A DNA stretch of 64,000 bases from Zootoca vivipara (Eukaryota): contig NC_083280.1 in the NCBI RefSeq assembly GCF_963506605.1, positions 22,196,001 to 22,260,000 of the forward strand. The letters run 5' to 3'. Of this stretch, positions 26,407-40,700 are shown piece by piece. Position 1 is the stretch's first letter. The number at the start of each line of letters is the position of its first letter. The notes under the pieces are model-generated. The model had not been told where the DNA came from and ran no database searches. It worked only from the letters and a program-made list of their open reading frames with translations. The translations under genes and the position numbers were made by a program.

Positions 26407-26760
26407 AGGTAAAGATAAAGGGACCCCTGACTATTAGGTCCAGTCGTGACCGACTCTGGGGTTGCGTGCTCATCTCACATTATTGGCCGAGGGAGCCAGC
26501 GTACAGCTTCCAGGTCATGTGGCCAGCATGACAAAGCCGCTTCTGGCGAACCAGAGCAGCACACGGAAACACTGTTTACCTTCCCGCTGTAGCGGTACCT
26601 ATTTATCTACTTGCACTTTGATGTGCTTTCGAACTGCTAGGTTGGCAGGAACTGGGACCGAGCAACAGGAGCTCACCCCGTCGCGGGGATTCGAACCGCC
26701 AACCTTCTGATCGGCAAGCCCTAGGCTCAGTGGTTTGACCCACAGCGCCACCCGCATCCC
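26407..26760 (-). mobile_element. Sauria SINE, full length
   Basis: 13-bp TSD AACCCCTGTCCTA (26394-26406 / 26761-26773); intact head and tail. Confidence 0.93.
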
Positions 26761-29380
26761 AACCCCTGTCCTACCTGGTGGCAAGTCAGTATGTCAAGTC
26801 CCCAGACCAAGGTCAATCCACATGTCCAAAGTCCTGTAAGACTCTTGAAGTATCCAAGCTGAGGTCCATCAACATGAGCAGTTGAGCATCAGCTCTGGTG
26901 CCCTTTTGCATGCTGATTGCAGCATCTGGGCTTGATGAGGCAGGTGACTCTCACCTGTTCCAAGCCTGTTCCAGCTGATGAATTGGACCCCTCCTCTTAA
27001 AGCTAGTGAGCCCCAGCTGTCTGGCTAGTGAGCTGGACTGTGAGCCCTTGCCTGTCACAGTCTCCTAGAGCCCACTGCTCCCTACGCCTCAGAGCCTGCC
27101 GTGTTTGGGGAGACAGGGGCCCCTCTAGCTCTGGTGATGGTCCTGCTTTTCTGATTCCTGTGCCCTGACCCCCATCCCCTTGTCATCCTCTCTCACCCTG
27201 TGAGTACTTCCTACAAAGACCTCTCTTTCCCCATCCTCCGCTTGCCCTGGTGTATCCCAGCCCTGGTTACACCCCTTGCCACGATGCTCTTCCTCCTCTC
27301 CATAATCCTGCCAGTTCATGGCAGAAAACATGGCAATTATGACAGAGGTGGGTAAAATAGGAACCGCCAAACTCCATTAGAATCAATGGAGACCGAGCAC
27401 TTGCTTTTTCTATGTAGTTCACATACACACAATCTACAGCATATTTTCTTGCCCCTGAAACCCTTCTTGAGAAACTGGTTTAATTCCAAAGATAGGAGTT
27501 TGTTGCAGATTGAGTCTGCCTTTGCCCTGCAGTGTGCCCATTTGAAAACAGATGGAATCCGAAATAGGCAAGATTCCGGCATTGGGGTGTGGGGTGCCAT
27601 GCCCAATAACATTGTGGGTGGGCACATGCCAAGATTGCCATCACCACTTTCTCCTTCAGGGATGAAAAGGTGTGGTTAATCAAACCAAAGGGAAGGCTTT
27701 CAAGCATGAATCGAGCAACCACACCCATCCTGATGGCAGGATCTAGGGTAAAGCAAGATCGTAACACACCCTGGGGACCCCACTGCCCCTGGTACGAGAC
27801 AAACCTCTCCGGGCGTTGTCTGGTGTTGCGTCCCCCCAGGATGGACCTCAACCTTCATCCCGGAGCACTCAGCGACACAGGTTGGATGATCTCGTGCACG
27901 CTATTAATCAGCAGAGTCTGCAGTGACGTCTGGAAGCGTAAATGTGAGCATTCTTAGCTTTACTTTGCAATATTTACAGGACAAATCATATTGGTGTCTG
28001 TCCTCTTCTTCAGCTGCAGTCAGAGAGAGAAAAACACAGTGCAACAGCACAACATAACGGAAGAGATAAGATGTAACTTCCGTCCTCAGACTTTCCCAGC
28101 TCAGGAAAGTAAACAGTGACGTGACTTTGCAGCCACATATCAGTGCTACAAATGGATATTGAGTGTACATAGGACTAGTGTTTTATGAGCAATTGTTCTG
28201 AAAATTGAGAGAACTGTCCCTGGGGAAAAAGCCGGGCAAATTGCAGGAAAATAGGCCCATCCATAGGTTTTTGTGCTGGGGTCTTGAGATTTGATTTGTG
28301 GGGGAGGGAAGAATATAATATAATTTCAGGACAGCATTCTAATTTCATCCATAAAGCAAAAGCAAAGTGAGCAACAGTTTCCTGCCCGCGTAATAGCCAT
28401 GGCCAGAATAACAACAGACGCAGGCCAACATTGTAGCGCAGCGCAAACAATTGATTCGCTATTCAGAATAATCCGGTTGCACAGGCTTGGTTGACTTCAA
28501 AGGTTTAAAGCAGAGGCATGAACGGGGTGAATTTCTAGACTGATTGTACAGTTACGGTTTTTTAAAACCATACTTTCACAGTGTGCCACCCTGATTGCAG
28601 GAAGGAAGCTGCTGGAGGGATGCATATCATGTAGAGCTATTCCACGTCTATCAGCAGATTGCAGGAAATTCTTCTCAATGAGAAGGATCTCGGGGGCTTG
28701 AGAGCACTCATCTTAATTTTCCAACATTCAGGGACACCAGGAGGCAAAGATTTGCTCTGGGGGCATCGCTGTTTATGAAGCACATTGGTGGTTTATTGCA
28801 GAAAGTAAAAGGTTACAATAGCTGTAAAAATGCTAGGCAAAGCAGAGCCCAATAGTTCAATATTACGTGTGACTAAGATGGTTTGTGTGTTGTGTAAATC
28901 CACTAAAGGCTTTGTAAATGGCAAGCTGGGGTGCTGTTTCGTTTTCAGCAAGTCGAGCTGTGCTATTCCCAAGAGGAGCGGAAATCTAAGATTCATAGCC
29001 TTGGATTATTTGTCAATGGCAATCCAAGCGCCACTGCTCAGTCGCTTGGCCTGTCATTGAAAGTGCTTTCAATTGAAATGCGTGATGCTGCTGAAGTTAG
29101 TAACTTGCTCTTAGTTAGGGATGGGGGAAAATTTGATTCCATTTACATTTAAAGGTGAACCTACCTGATTCAATCTTTCTGAAACAGCCAAGTCATGTTT
29201 TTAAAAAATGCACGTACTGGAGTGAAGTGTACATATTAGTGAAAAGAACATACTGTACATAAATGTATTATTTTAGGAGAAATTGCTTTGTAAAAATGTG
29301 CATATTAAGCCAAATTGTATGCAAAGATCTGTATATTAGAAGAATTGGCACTGAAATGCTGCTGAATTTTCATGAGGGGA

Positions 29381-29418
29381 CACACACACAACACAACACA
29401 ACACAACACAACAACAAC
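29381..29418. repeat. (CA)/(ACAAC)n simple repeat
   Basis: cacacacacaacacaacacaacacaac…. Confidence 0.8.
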
Positions 29419-30899
29419 CCACAAACTGATGTGGAAATGTAGAAAACTGTAGTGGAAAAAATGAGGAACTGGAACGGACGAATTCACCCACCCCTCACTT
29501 ACCCTTAGATATCCCATCTTTGGCTCTGCAATATGTCCCACAACATCCCTCCCCCCCCCCCAGAGTAAGTAATGAACCAACCAGAGCTAGGAATGTTATT
29601 ATTATTATTTATTAAATTTATATATCACCCTTCAACTGAAGATGGCAGAGTGGTAATGTAAAGGAGTTCACTTTCTAGTTACTGATTCCCATGTGTTTTA
29701 GCACCAGTCTCTTACCCATTCTATTTTCATTGGCAATGCAAGTGTCAAGTATGGAATATCCAATCCCATCTTGCGGATTGGCCTTAGAAATTTATCTGTG
29801 ACCAGAAACGTTTGGAGGGCAACCCTTGTTTGGGTTCCTTGTTTCCTGCCTGCAAAACGCAAGAAAGATATTAATTTACCTCAGAATGCTGATATCCTGG
29901 ATATACGGTAAACCCTGCTTCATAAGAAATAAAGGTGCTGTTTCGACACGTCTGTCTCCAGACACTCCTGTCTCCCTCACAAAGCTAATCTCGCGTGTGC
30001 GTAATGAGCCTTAGACAAGCTGCCAATATTTCTAAACAAGTGGCTAAGATAGCAGGAGCCAGGTTTACAAGATTTCCACTTAACAATGCTGCCATTTGGT
30101 GTGAAATAATATGCTCTAGCTCTCAAATCCATCTGTTCAGCTACACGGCCTTTGCATGCAAATCAGTCAGTCTTGCACATATACAAAGGTGGCTTTGAGA
30201 CAAATATTCGACAGCTTAAATTGAATTGGGGTCGTGCAATAAGGAATGCCTAAATATCTTATGTTTTTATAAAGAAGAGTTTTTAAGTTTCTCATCGCCA
30301 AGTTTGGAGAGTGGGACAGAGTGGTATTGCGGTTGTACTTTTTGGAGGTTTTGACCATATTTGGAGAGTTTGACTATTTTGCACTTCTCAGTAAGGCAAG
30401 GTTGTTGGACTACAACTCCCATCACCTCTGACCATTGGCTATGTTATCTCACGCTGATGGGAGTTGTATTCCAACAACTACCAGAGGGCAACAAGTTCTC
30501 TACTCCTGAGATATGGATTGAAAGGTCAAGCCAGCCTCAGGTCAGTAGCCTAGTTAGGAACACAAAGGGCCTTCTCGTCAGGACTGGTATAAGAATGGTT
30601 GGATAAGAACCAGGGCCTGGGGCCACTGTGGATGACACTGGTGCTACTTCATTTTCAACTGGAAATGTAGAGGCCTGGTGCCGAATAGAGAAGCTCGGGG
30701 CTGGGAGGCTGCAACACCTCTCCTTCCCCTCAAGAACCTGTGGTATCTGGCATTGTGTTACATAGGGATGCTATGTTGGGGTTGGAGGCAGTAGGCCCTT
30801 GGAGGAAAGGAGAGAGTGGAAGCCACTCCTGACCCAGGGCTAGGCCCAACTGGGATTTGTTTGTTTTTAAAAGTATTGCACAGCCAGGCAAATAAGCCT

Positions 30900-31112
30900 A
30901 GGTAAAGGTAAAGCGACCCCTGACCATTAGGTCCAGTCGTGACCAACTCTGGGGTTGCGGCACTCATCTCGCGTTATTGGCCGAGGGAGCCGGCGTACAG
31001 CTTCCAGGTCATGTGGCCAGCATGACAAAGCCGCTTCTGGCAAACCAGAGCAGCACATGGAAACGCCGTTTGCCTTCCCACTTGGAGCGGTACCTATTTA
31101 TCTACTTGCACC
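30900..31112 (-). mobile_element. Sauria SINE, truncated
   Basis: aggtaaaggtaaag tail plus core. Confidence 0.85.
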
Positions 31113-31876
31113 TGCCAGTATCTAGTAAATTCAAGAAGACAACAGCAGCGGAGAGCATTTGCCCAGGATTTCCTCAAAACAGGTACCAGAGCTCAATGCC
31201 TTATGACAAGACAGACCATTTTTCTGGAGTACAGTATTGCATACACTGGATGGGCAGCAGTTCTACTGGTTTTCAGATAAGAAGAGTTGCCCTGCCTTAC
31301 CTGGAGATGTTGATGATTGGAACTGAGACCTACAAGCTCATGCTCCACCACTTTGACACTCAAAAGAGCAAAGCTATGAAAAAGCAGTTGTCCACACAGA
31401 GATGGAAGGGAGCAAGCTACCGTAGATTGATTTGGGGTCTTCTGTTGGGTTGGTAGAGGAAGTAAATGCAGTATTGGTTTTAATTCTACCTTACGTTCAT
31501 TATGTTTGATTGCCAAACAAACTGTTGACTTCTTCATTCCTGCAGAATCTTTACAGGAATCCTAAATAATATGAATAGAGATGTGAAGGCCCATAAAAAA
31601 TTCGAAGTTTTTTTCAAATTGTTCCCAATATATTATGGTGGGGGATGGCAAAGAAAAAATGGAGGGAAATGTTTCTCCCCAGCGCTGTCCTCCTGCTTTG
31701 CCTTCACACCTCTAGATGTGAAATTAATAAGTTCCTGGAAGAACAGTCCAGGAAAAATGTAACCCCCCCATCAAAAATCAATTGTGTACAAATTTTTGCA
31801 AGAAGAACACGTGATCTTGTGAGCAAGAAAGGGGTGTGTGTGATTCTCTAAAATGCTTGCTTTTAGTGGGTACAGG

Positions 31877-32066
31877 CACTGGCGGAGGAAGAAGAGTGGG
31901 GGGGGAGCGCACCGCCCCAGGCAGTGCGATCCCGGTGGGGTGCCATCGCAGCTGCCCCCTGCCCGCGCTGGATGCCAAGCCCCCGCAGGCGGCGTGCCAT
32001 GCCCCCAGGACACGCACCATGCCCCCGGGATGCATGCTAGCCCTGCCCCCGTCTGCTCCGCCACTG
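31877..32066. mobile_element. GC-rich hAT-type MITE
   Basis: TIR cactggcggag…ctccgccactg; TSD GGTACAGG/GGTACTGG. Confidence 0.75.
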
Positions 32067-33301
32067 GGTACTGGTAGCTTCCGAATGAGCTGTAGAAAAT
32101 GTTCATTGAGAGGTTAAGAACAAAAACAAAATGGAAACAAAATGGTGAAATAAATTGACTGATGTTGCCCTGGGCAAAACTGCAGGAAAAAAGATGATTG
32201 TAGGAAAGCAGAGAAAGGAAGGGAAAAAAACAAGATGACTTTGACTTTATGTGTTATATCTATTCAGTTTTGATATATGGTGATGTGCTGAATAGTCCCT
32301 GGAACTTAAGTATCCAGTGCAAGGCAATTTATGTTGATTAAATGGCCCGCTAGCTACGAAATGGCGCAGTGCCGAGTCTCCTGGAATGCATAGAGCTATC
32401 CTGGATGTCACCCACACTTGCATTAGAAGGAGCTAAAGGAAATATATATTGTTGCATGCCACCCGAGTGGCACAAGATTCCAGGGTTTCCAGGTGTTCGT
32501 GTTTCCTTTGGAATGAGAGACAGCAGAGACTGTGGTGTCTTTATGAAATATGATATATTGTCTATTGACACATATATACAACCTAAGCATTACGACCCCA
32601 AGAGGGTCTTGCTTCTTCCATAGTCACAGCCGTGGATTCTAGCAGCAATCAGGCATGGCTCTGTCTCTCCAACTCTAGCCTTTGTGAGTTGATGGAGGGG
32701 ACCCACCCTTTTGCTATCTGGCACAGAGCCTCTTCCTTTGTTATCTTAAGGCCCTATACTTTGTCGCACCGCGAAGTCAAAACACAGAGTCTTCACAGTA
32801 AATGAATAAAACTTTACTGGGGTGAACAGGCTTCTTTGCACAATTTGTACAAACAAAAATAGAAGAGAGCAAAGTAAAAATAAATAAGGAGCACACTGAG
32901 CCCATGTATTTATCCTTCCTGGCTCCGTGTAACTTCCTCTAATTGAAACAATATTTGTACAGTATAAGGAATGAGTCAGAGTGAGTCAGCTAGAAGAATA
33001 AATCTGCACTTTTCAGCATTTTCCAATACTTTACTGCTTCTGTTCTCAAAAGACCTTTGTCACATGACATACTTATAGGGCCATTACCTCAACAGGAAGC
33101 TAGCCTGGCTATTCCAGCAGTTGAATCTGTGCTGGATCCAGGAATTAGAAGGAGGCTCAGGCATATAGCCTACCTCCGCACAGACTTATAACACTATATT
33201 GCCTGACTCTGTACATGTTGGATTCTGGAAAGGAGACTTGAATAGAACAAGTACAATAAAGAAATAGTCTCCTACTTTTATTGATGTGTATTCATTGCCT
33301 A

Positions 33302-33666
33302 GGGGACCCAGGTGGCGCTGTGGGTTAAACCACAGAGTCTAGGGCTTGCTGATCAGAAGGTCGGCGGTTCGAATCCCTGCAACGGGGTGAGCTCCCATTG
33401 CTCGGTCCCAGCTCCTGCCCACCTAGCAGTTCAAAAGGACATCAAAGTGCAGGTAGATAAATAGGGACCGCTCTGGCGGGAAAGTAAACGGCGTTTCCGT
33501 GTGCTGCTCTGGTTTGCCAGAAGCAGCTTTGTCATGCTGGCCACATGACCCGGAAGTTGTCTGTGGACAAACGCCGGCTCCCTCGGCCTATAGAGTGAGA
33601 TGAGCGTCGCAACCCCAGAGTCAGACATGACTGGACCTGATGGTCAGGGGTCCCTTTACCTTTACC
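33302..33666 (+). mobile_element. Sauria SINE, full length
   Basis: 13-bp TSD TATTCATTGCCTA; ACCTTT tail. Confidence 0.93.
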
Positions 33667-34563
33667 TATTCATTGCCTATCACTTATCTAAGCTTTTACA
33701 AGGAAAAGGCTAATCACAGGGAAGTCACCTCTCCCTTTAAGAGCTGTCCTGGAGTTGTTTTCTGCATGCTTTTCACTGACAAGGTTCTGGATAATTCAAA
33801 CCAAAATAAAATCCTGACCTCCTTTCTGCCCAATTGCAATTGTATAGCTTTGGTTTAATACCCTATTACCATCTGGAATCCAGTTGTAAGTGAATCTATG
33901 TACATTATATAACTTGAATTGGTTTATACAACAAGAAGGGGGGGAATATAATATAGCCTTAAGCCATTTTAAATTGGGATAAGTCCAGTGCGAGAAATTT
34001 GTTCCTATTATCTAGTCTTGCTAAATTTGGATAAGTGCATGAACACAATTTAAAACAACAACAACAACTGTGGTTTTGCAGATGTCTTATACGATCATTC
34101 TCTATACTTTGCTGCTTGTTAATGGGCAGAATGATTTCCCTGTTATTAGTGGCTTGTTTAATAATAGTGCTTATTGAACCAAGTGCTTAATTTTTCAAAT
34201 GGAGATCTGCTGCGACTCAAGCCTGCCTGGTCACATTGTCAGAGCTGAACTTGGAAGCCCTACCTTCCAATCATGTATATACTGGAATTCTGCACATACT
34301 CAGAAGCCATTTTATTATCATTCCATTTTTTGCTGCAGGCACCGAAAGCAGGTTGTAGGAGACTAAGCCTTGGTGGGTCCTAGTTAGGGATGGGTGCACC
34401 TCTTAATTGTGGTTTCTCTTAGTTTCTCATTTTTCCAATCTTAAATTTGGGTCTCCACATTTCCACATCAATGTTTGACTAAAGTAAGTTCGCAACTTAT
34501 GCAGGCTTATGTTCTGATGATTACTCCGAAAGCCAAAATTGCATAAAGTCAAAATCCATTAGG

Positions 34564-34788
34564 TAGGGTTGCCATGTTTCAAAAAGTAAAAACCAGGACA
34601 CCCTGAGCTTTTTGTAGGAAGACCTCAAAATTGTTGAACTTTTTTTTTAAAGGAAACCACTGAATTTTAGGATAAAACCTGAATGTTGTTGGACAAAAAG
34701 CCCCTTTTTGGAAATCCCCCCTGGACGTCAATTCTGCCTTTGAAATCCCAGTAATGTCCAGGAAAAAGCCCGACATATGGCAGCCCTA
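34564..34788. mobile_element. hAT-Ac-like MITE
   Basis: tagggttgccat…atggcagcccta TIRs; flanking CATTAGG(T) duplication. Confidence 0.75.
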
Positions 34789-36589
34789 CATTAGGTTCAA
34801 TGGTGGATGGGAGTGCCAAAGTTATTTTCCCCACAACCTCACCCCCTTTCCACCCCTTCTTAATTTTTAAATATTTTTTGCCAGCCACATAAAGCTGAAT
34901 GAACAAAAGTTAAATGCCAGTAAGTTGTGGGCTTACTGAATTATTATTTTTAAAAATCCTGAAAATTCATCTACACTTGAGTGCAGATTTCTCTTAATAT
35001 ACACATTTCTGCAAAGCAATTTTGCTTAACATAATGGATTCTTGTATGTTATTTTCACCAATATATGTATTTTTATACACACTTTACCCAGGTATGTGCA
35101 TTGTTTTGCTCATATTGCTTGGCTGGGGGTCTGCATTGCAAAACTCGGAGAAGTGCAAATTTCAAAGGGTTCTACCTGCCCTGTGGAACGGGAGTGCTAG
35201 CAGAGGTTTGGCAGGAATCACCCCTGCTTACTTTCTGTTGAAAGTATCTGTTGAAAACTGTATTATTCCTTCCCAGCCAGCTTTCATGGGTGCTTTTCTA
35301 ATGCTTCCCCTATTGCTATGATGTCTTTATAGTTGTTGCTTTTAATCAAAGTGACTGTAATTTTCTAGGTTGTGTACTGCCTTGCTGTATTTTTATGAAA
35401 TGTGGTACATAAATATCGAAATAAAATAGATAAAAATAAAATCCCAAAGTTGACCAAGGAGATGAATGTTCTATGCATCCCCTTACCCTGAACCCTGATG
35501 GGGACTGAAATCAGACCCCACCTCCCCTGCAGATCTTAAGGATAAAGTTGCCAGTATCAGAGGAGCTGCTTCTACAGATATATGTGGGTCAAGCCTCTGT
35601 ACAGCTTAGTAACCTAACACCTTGAATGAAGTCCAGTGCAGGCCTTTTAGGACAGGTGTTATACGATCCCATCTCGCTGCCCTAGTTAGTAATCTGGCAG
35701 CTACAATTTTCACTAGGGGTGGCTTCCAGATTGTTTTCAAGTGCAGCCCCATGTAAAAGCACATTGCAACAATCCAAACATGGGATCATGAAGGCCTGGG
35801 TAACTGATAGCAGGCTATTCTGATCCAGGAACGGCCACAACTTTGCAAACCAGCTGGCGCTGTAAATAGACACCCTTTGCCACTGACGTCACACGGATCT
35901 CCAATAACAGCTGTGGCTCAAGGAGTACACCGGTTGAGACCCGACCTGCCTGTGCAGTGTCTCGCCAGGATGGTACATGTTCTGTCTGGTTATCTCCTTC
36001 TTGGACTACTGCAATGTGCTCTACGTGGGGCTACCTTTGAAGGTGACTCGGAAGCTACAACTAATCCAGAACGCGGCAGCTAGACTGGTGACTGCGAGTG
36101 GCCACCGAGACCATATAACATTGGTTCTAAAGGATGTACGCTGCCTCCTTCATTAGCTTAGGTGTGGGGACAAATAATAAAAGATCCTAGTCCTAAAACC
36201 ATGTATTTGATTGGTAATGTGTTTAAGTATTTTTAAGTCCTTTTGAGTCCTATAGGACAGTATCTTTCCTGTTCTCCTTCTGAGTATTTATTGTGATGGC
36301 AGATGACCCAAATGCATTAATATTTCAGAGAAAGTTGATATATATGTAAAAGTTGCATCTTACAGCACATGCACATTACCTCTCAGTTGTATTTTACATG
36401 CTGTATTCAGTATTAATCCCTCCGCCAGCTTAGTCACATGCATCACTAATTTAATTAGTATTCATCTGGAATGAAACATCCTTTGGCATTTGTACCATTT
36501 GAACTTTGAGGGGTACGGGTTTAAAAATAGCTAGGGGGGGGGAAGCCATTCTGAACAACTTGGGGAACACCTAAAAATATTGCTAGTTG

Positions 36590-37440
36590 AAATTATTATT
36601 TATTGAGTTTATATACCACCTGTGAGGGACAGAAGCTACAGGCAGGTCCCTCCCATCTTAAGTACCAGCTCGTCGCCCAGCGCTAGTGCTAGTAGGGAGG
36701 GAGATAGCTCCAGCGGCGACTCAGGAAGTGGTGACCGAGGCTCAGGCAAGGTAGCGGAGCCCATGCCTAGTGTGGGAAGGGAAGTGGGAGGCAAGGGAAG
36801 AAGGCCGATCCCGCCGACCCCAGAATTGCGCAGGAAACGACGGGGGCGGAGATTCAGTATTCCTAGACTACTTTGCTGGAAGAAAACGCGTGAACCTCCA
36901 TTTGGAGGTTCTGACCCCTAACTGACAACATGTACATAGCACTGTTCTGCACTGTAAATAATCAGCACTAAATAAAAGCATGAAAAGACAACGCTTTGAG
37001 GAGTCGTTACTCTAGAGTAGCCGCTACCGCGCCTGTGACACCACCCTATACCTGGAGGTCTCAGGGCGGTTCACAGAAATGATCACAACATACATAATCA
37101 GAATAAAAACCACAAACGACCCCCCCCAAAAGAGCCACATTTTAAAAGGGTATAGGGTGTCAAACAGATCAACCAAAAGCCTGGTTAAAAAGGAACGTTT
37201 TTGCCTGGCCCCTAAAGGTGTATAATGAAGGCGCCAGGTGAACTTCCCTGGGGAGAGCATTCCACAGATTGCGAGCCACAGCAGAGAAGGCCCGTTCTCG
37301 TGTTGCCACCTTCCGCACCTCTTGAGGAGGAAGCGCATGAAGGAGGACCTCGGAAGATGATCTTGGGGTCTGGGTAGGTTCATATGGAAAGGCAATCCTT
37401 GAGGTATTGCTGTCCTGAGCTGTTTAAGGCTTTATAGGTC
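36590..37440 (-). mobile_element. L2-like LINE 3' fragment split by the solo LTR
   Basis: tttatataccacc|ctatacctggaggtctcagggcggttcac rejoins when the LTR is removed. Confidence 0.7.
36621..37040 (+). mobile_element. Solo LTR, family A (diverged subfamily), nested in an L2 3' end
   Basis: TG…CA termini, 5-bp TSD CCACC, AATAAA. Confidence 0.85.
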
Positions 37441-37473
37441 AAATTCACTCTAGTACTGATCCAGAGATGGTTA

Positions 37474-37665
37474 CAGTGGTACCTAGGTTTCTGAACGTAA
37501 TCCATTCCAGAAGATCATTCAAGTTCCAAAACGTTTGAAAACCAAGGCGCAAAGGGCGGCCTGCAAATTCAATAGAGAAAATTGGGGGGGGGGAGCTCAG
37601 CAGAAGCCGTTCAACTTCTGAGATGCGTTTGAAAATAGAAGTGTTTGAAAACCGAAGCACTACTG
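37474..37665. mobile_element. Tigger/pogo-like MITE
   Basis: TA|cagtggtacct…accgaagcactactg. Confidence 0.7.
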
Positions 37666-37776
37666 CATCACATATAAAAATTTGCTCTGTGTGTGTGGCT
37701 GACAGATCAGAGGTGGTACTTGTACTTGCTTTTACTTTTACCACCTCTGATCTGTCAACCACACATGCAGAGCAAA

Positions 37777-40700
37777 CAAGTAAAAACCATATCCGGCCAT
37801 AATCCAACAACATTAGAAATAAAGGGAGAAGAGAGGAAAACTAGAAGATGGATAATAAATGAAGCAATTCTGAACGATAACAAAATTTTGGAAAAGGCCA
37901 AATCAACGTTAAAAGAATATTTTGATAATAACTTAAATAAAGAGACAGATATAAATATAGTATGGGACACTAGTAAGGTAGTAATAAGAGGCTTTTTCAT
38001 CCAGCAAAATATAATTCAAAGGAAAGAAAATGAAAAAAAAATAGAGAAACTTTTAAGGGAAGTAAGGGAAAATGAGAAAGATTTGGCCCCAAACCCAAGA
38101 AACGAAGTACCAAAAAACAACTCTCCATGATCCTGAATTACGAAGTGGAACAAAAAATCAAGAAGATAAGACAAAATTCTTTTGAATTTGCCAATAAGCC
38201 AGGTAGGCTGCTAGCATGGAAGCTGAAGAAGAGACAGAAGGAAAGAATAATAGAAAAAATAATGGAGGACGGGAAAATAATAGAAGACCCGAAGGAAATC
38301 AAAGCAAAATTTATAAAGTAACTTATATAAAGAAATGAAAGGGAATCAGGAGGATATGGAAAAATACCTAATAGAGAATAAAATCCAGACAATAAGAGCA
38401 GAGAAAAGGGAACAATTAAATCAGCCAATTGCAACAATGGAGGTGCACCAGGCAATTACGAAAGCAAAAGTAGGAAAAGCACCTGAAACAGATGGTTTGA
38501 TAGCAGCATATTATAAAAATTAGAGGAAATCTAATAACACCAATGAAATTGGTAATGAACAGAATTTTAAAATGTGGAATAATACCATGGGAAGAAGCCT
38601 TTGTCGTATTGATACCAAAACAAGGACAAGGCATGACACTTATTAAAAACTATAGGCCCATATCACTGCTGAACAGTGATTACAAAATATTCACTGACAT
38701 TCTAGCCAACAGATTGAAAAAATTACTAAATGAAACTATACATAAAGATCAAACTGGCTTCCTGCCAGGTAGATACATACACAGCAACATGAGGAATGTA
38801 ATAGATTTACTGGAATACCTAGAAGAAAGATTAGACAAAAAGGCTGCTTTTTAATATCAATAGATGCGGAAAAGGTATTCGACCAGGTGTCGTGGGACTT
38901 CATGCAAAGGGTCATAAAGGAAATGAAACTGGGGGAAGATTATATTAAAGGTATAGAAGCAATATATAGGAAACAAAAAGCCAAACCTATCCTTAATAAT
39001 GAAGTAACAGAAGAATTTAGTATAGGGAGGGGGGGACAATACAAGGTTGCCCCTTGTCACCATTATTATTTATTATGGTATTGGAATTATTGATGAATGC
39101 CATAAGAAACGATATTAAAATAAAAGGTATTTTATTAGGGAAAAAGGAATATAAGATCAAAGCATTTGCGGATGATCTGATTCTGACTGTTGAAAACCCC
39201 AAAGAAAGCATATTACAGATAATTGAAAGAATATTCGAATTTGGGAAAGTAGCCAGCTTCAAGTTAAACAAGAATAAAACCAACATGATAGTCAAATATG
39301 ACCAAGCAAGAAAAGGAAGAACTACAGGAGATATCAGGATTAACAATAGTAAATAAGACCAAGTATTTAGGAATTTGGCTGACCAATAATAATATTTAAA
39401 GATAATTATGTAAAAACCTGGAAAGGAATCAAAAGAGATTTAGAAATCTGGAATAAGTTAAGATTATCACTTGTTGGCAGAATATCGGTGGTTAAAATGA
39501 ATGTGTTGCCTAAAAGGATGTATCTATTCCAAATGATACCGATAATTGGAGGAATTGGAAGTCTTAGATTATGGCAAAAGGAGATATCCAAATTCATATG
39601 GCAGTATAAAAAAAACCAAGAATTAAACACAAACTTCTAATAGATAAAAAACATAGAGGTGGATTTGTGCTACCTGACCTAAATTTATATTACGATACTG
39701 TCTGTCTAAATTGGCTAAAAGAGTGGATTGTATTAAAAGATGATTTGTTAGATCTAGAAGGCTTTAATAATCGTTATGGTTGGCATGCGTATTTAGCTTA
39801 TGAAAAAGGAAAAGTACACAGGGGATTTATGAATCATGTCATAAGGATATCATTATATAAAACATGGACAAAATATAAGGATCTCCTAAAACTGAAAACA
39901 CCATGGTAGGCATTACCTCTAGAAGCAATTACAATAAAAAAGAAAAATATGGAATTAGAATGGGTCCCATATAAAGATCTGATTAAGGAAAAAGACAGTA
40001 AATTGATAATTAAAGATTATGAGGAAATTAAACAACTCCTTATGGGTTGGATCCAATACCATCAATTACATGAAGTGTTCAGGACAGATAAGAAAAAAGG
40101 TTTCTCAAACGAACTTTCATTATTAGAAAAAATATCAAAAATGTATGATACATTATTGGACTGGGAGGTCAAAGACGAACAGGTCAAGGAGGTCAAGGTC
40201 AAGTGGGCTTTAGACATTGGGAAAACCATTAACTTAACAACATGGGAAGAACTATGGAAAAGGAACTGGAAATTTACAGCCTGTGAAGTATTGAGGGAAA
40301 ACCTAATCAAGATGTTTTATAGATGGTACTTAACACCTACCAAAATAGCTAAAATGTATAAGACAAAAACAAATCTGTGCTGAAGGTGTGGTAAAAGTAG
40401 AGGGGACACTTATACATGTTTGGTGGACCAGTGAAAAAATCAAAAGCTTCTGGAACACGGTGTATGACAAGCTTAAAAAATGTTTAAGTATAACTTTATA
40501 AAAAATACAGAAGCTTTTCTACTAGGGATAATGGACACAGGTATAGCAAGAGAAGATCAGAAAATATTCCTCTATGCCACAGGAGCGGCAAGGAACCTAA
40601 ATGCTAAAAACTGGAAAAAAGAAACTGCCAATAAAAAAGGAATGGCAAGATAAACTGTTAGAGTATATTGAACTGGCTAGATTAACAGAGGCAATTAGAG

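Noticed and set aside
32960-33000. TATA-like box with two TGAGTCA (AP-1) sites
   Set aside because: Short motifs with no associated exon or gene; not supportable from sequence alone.
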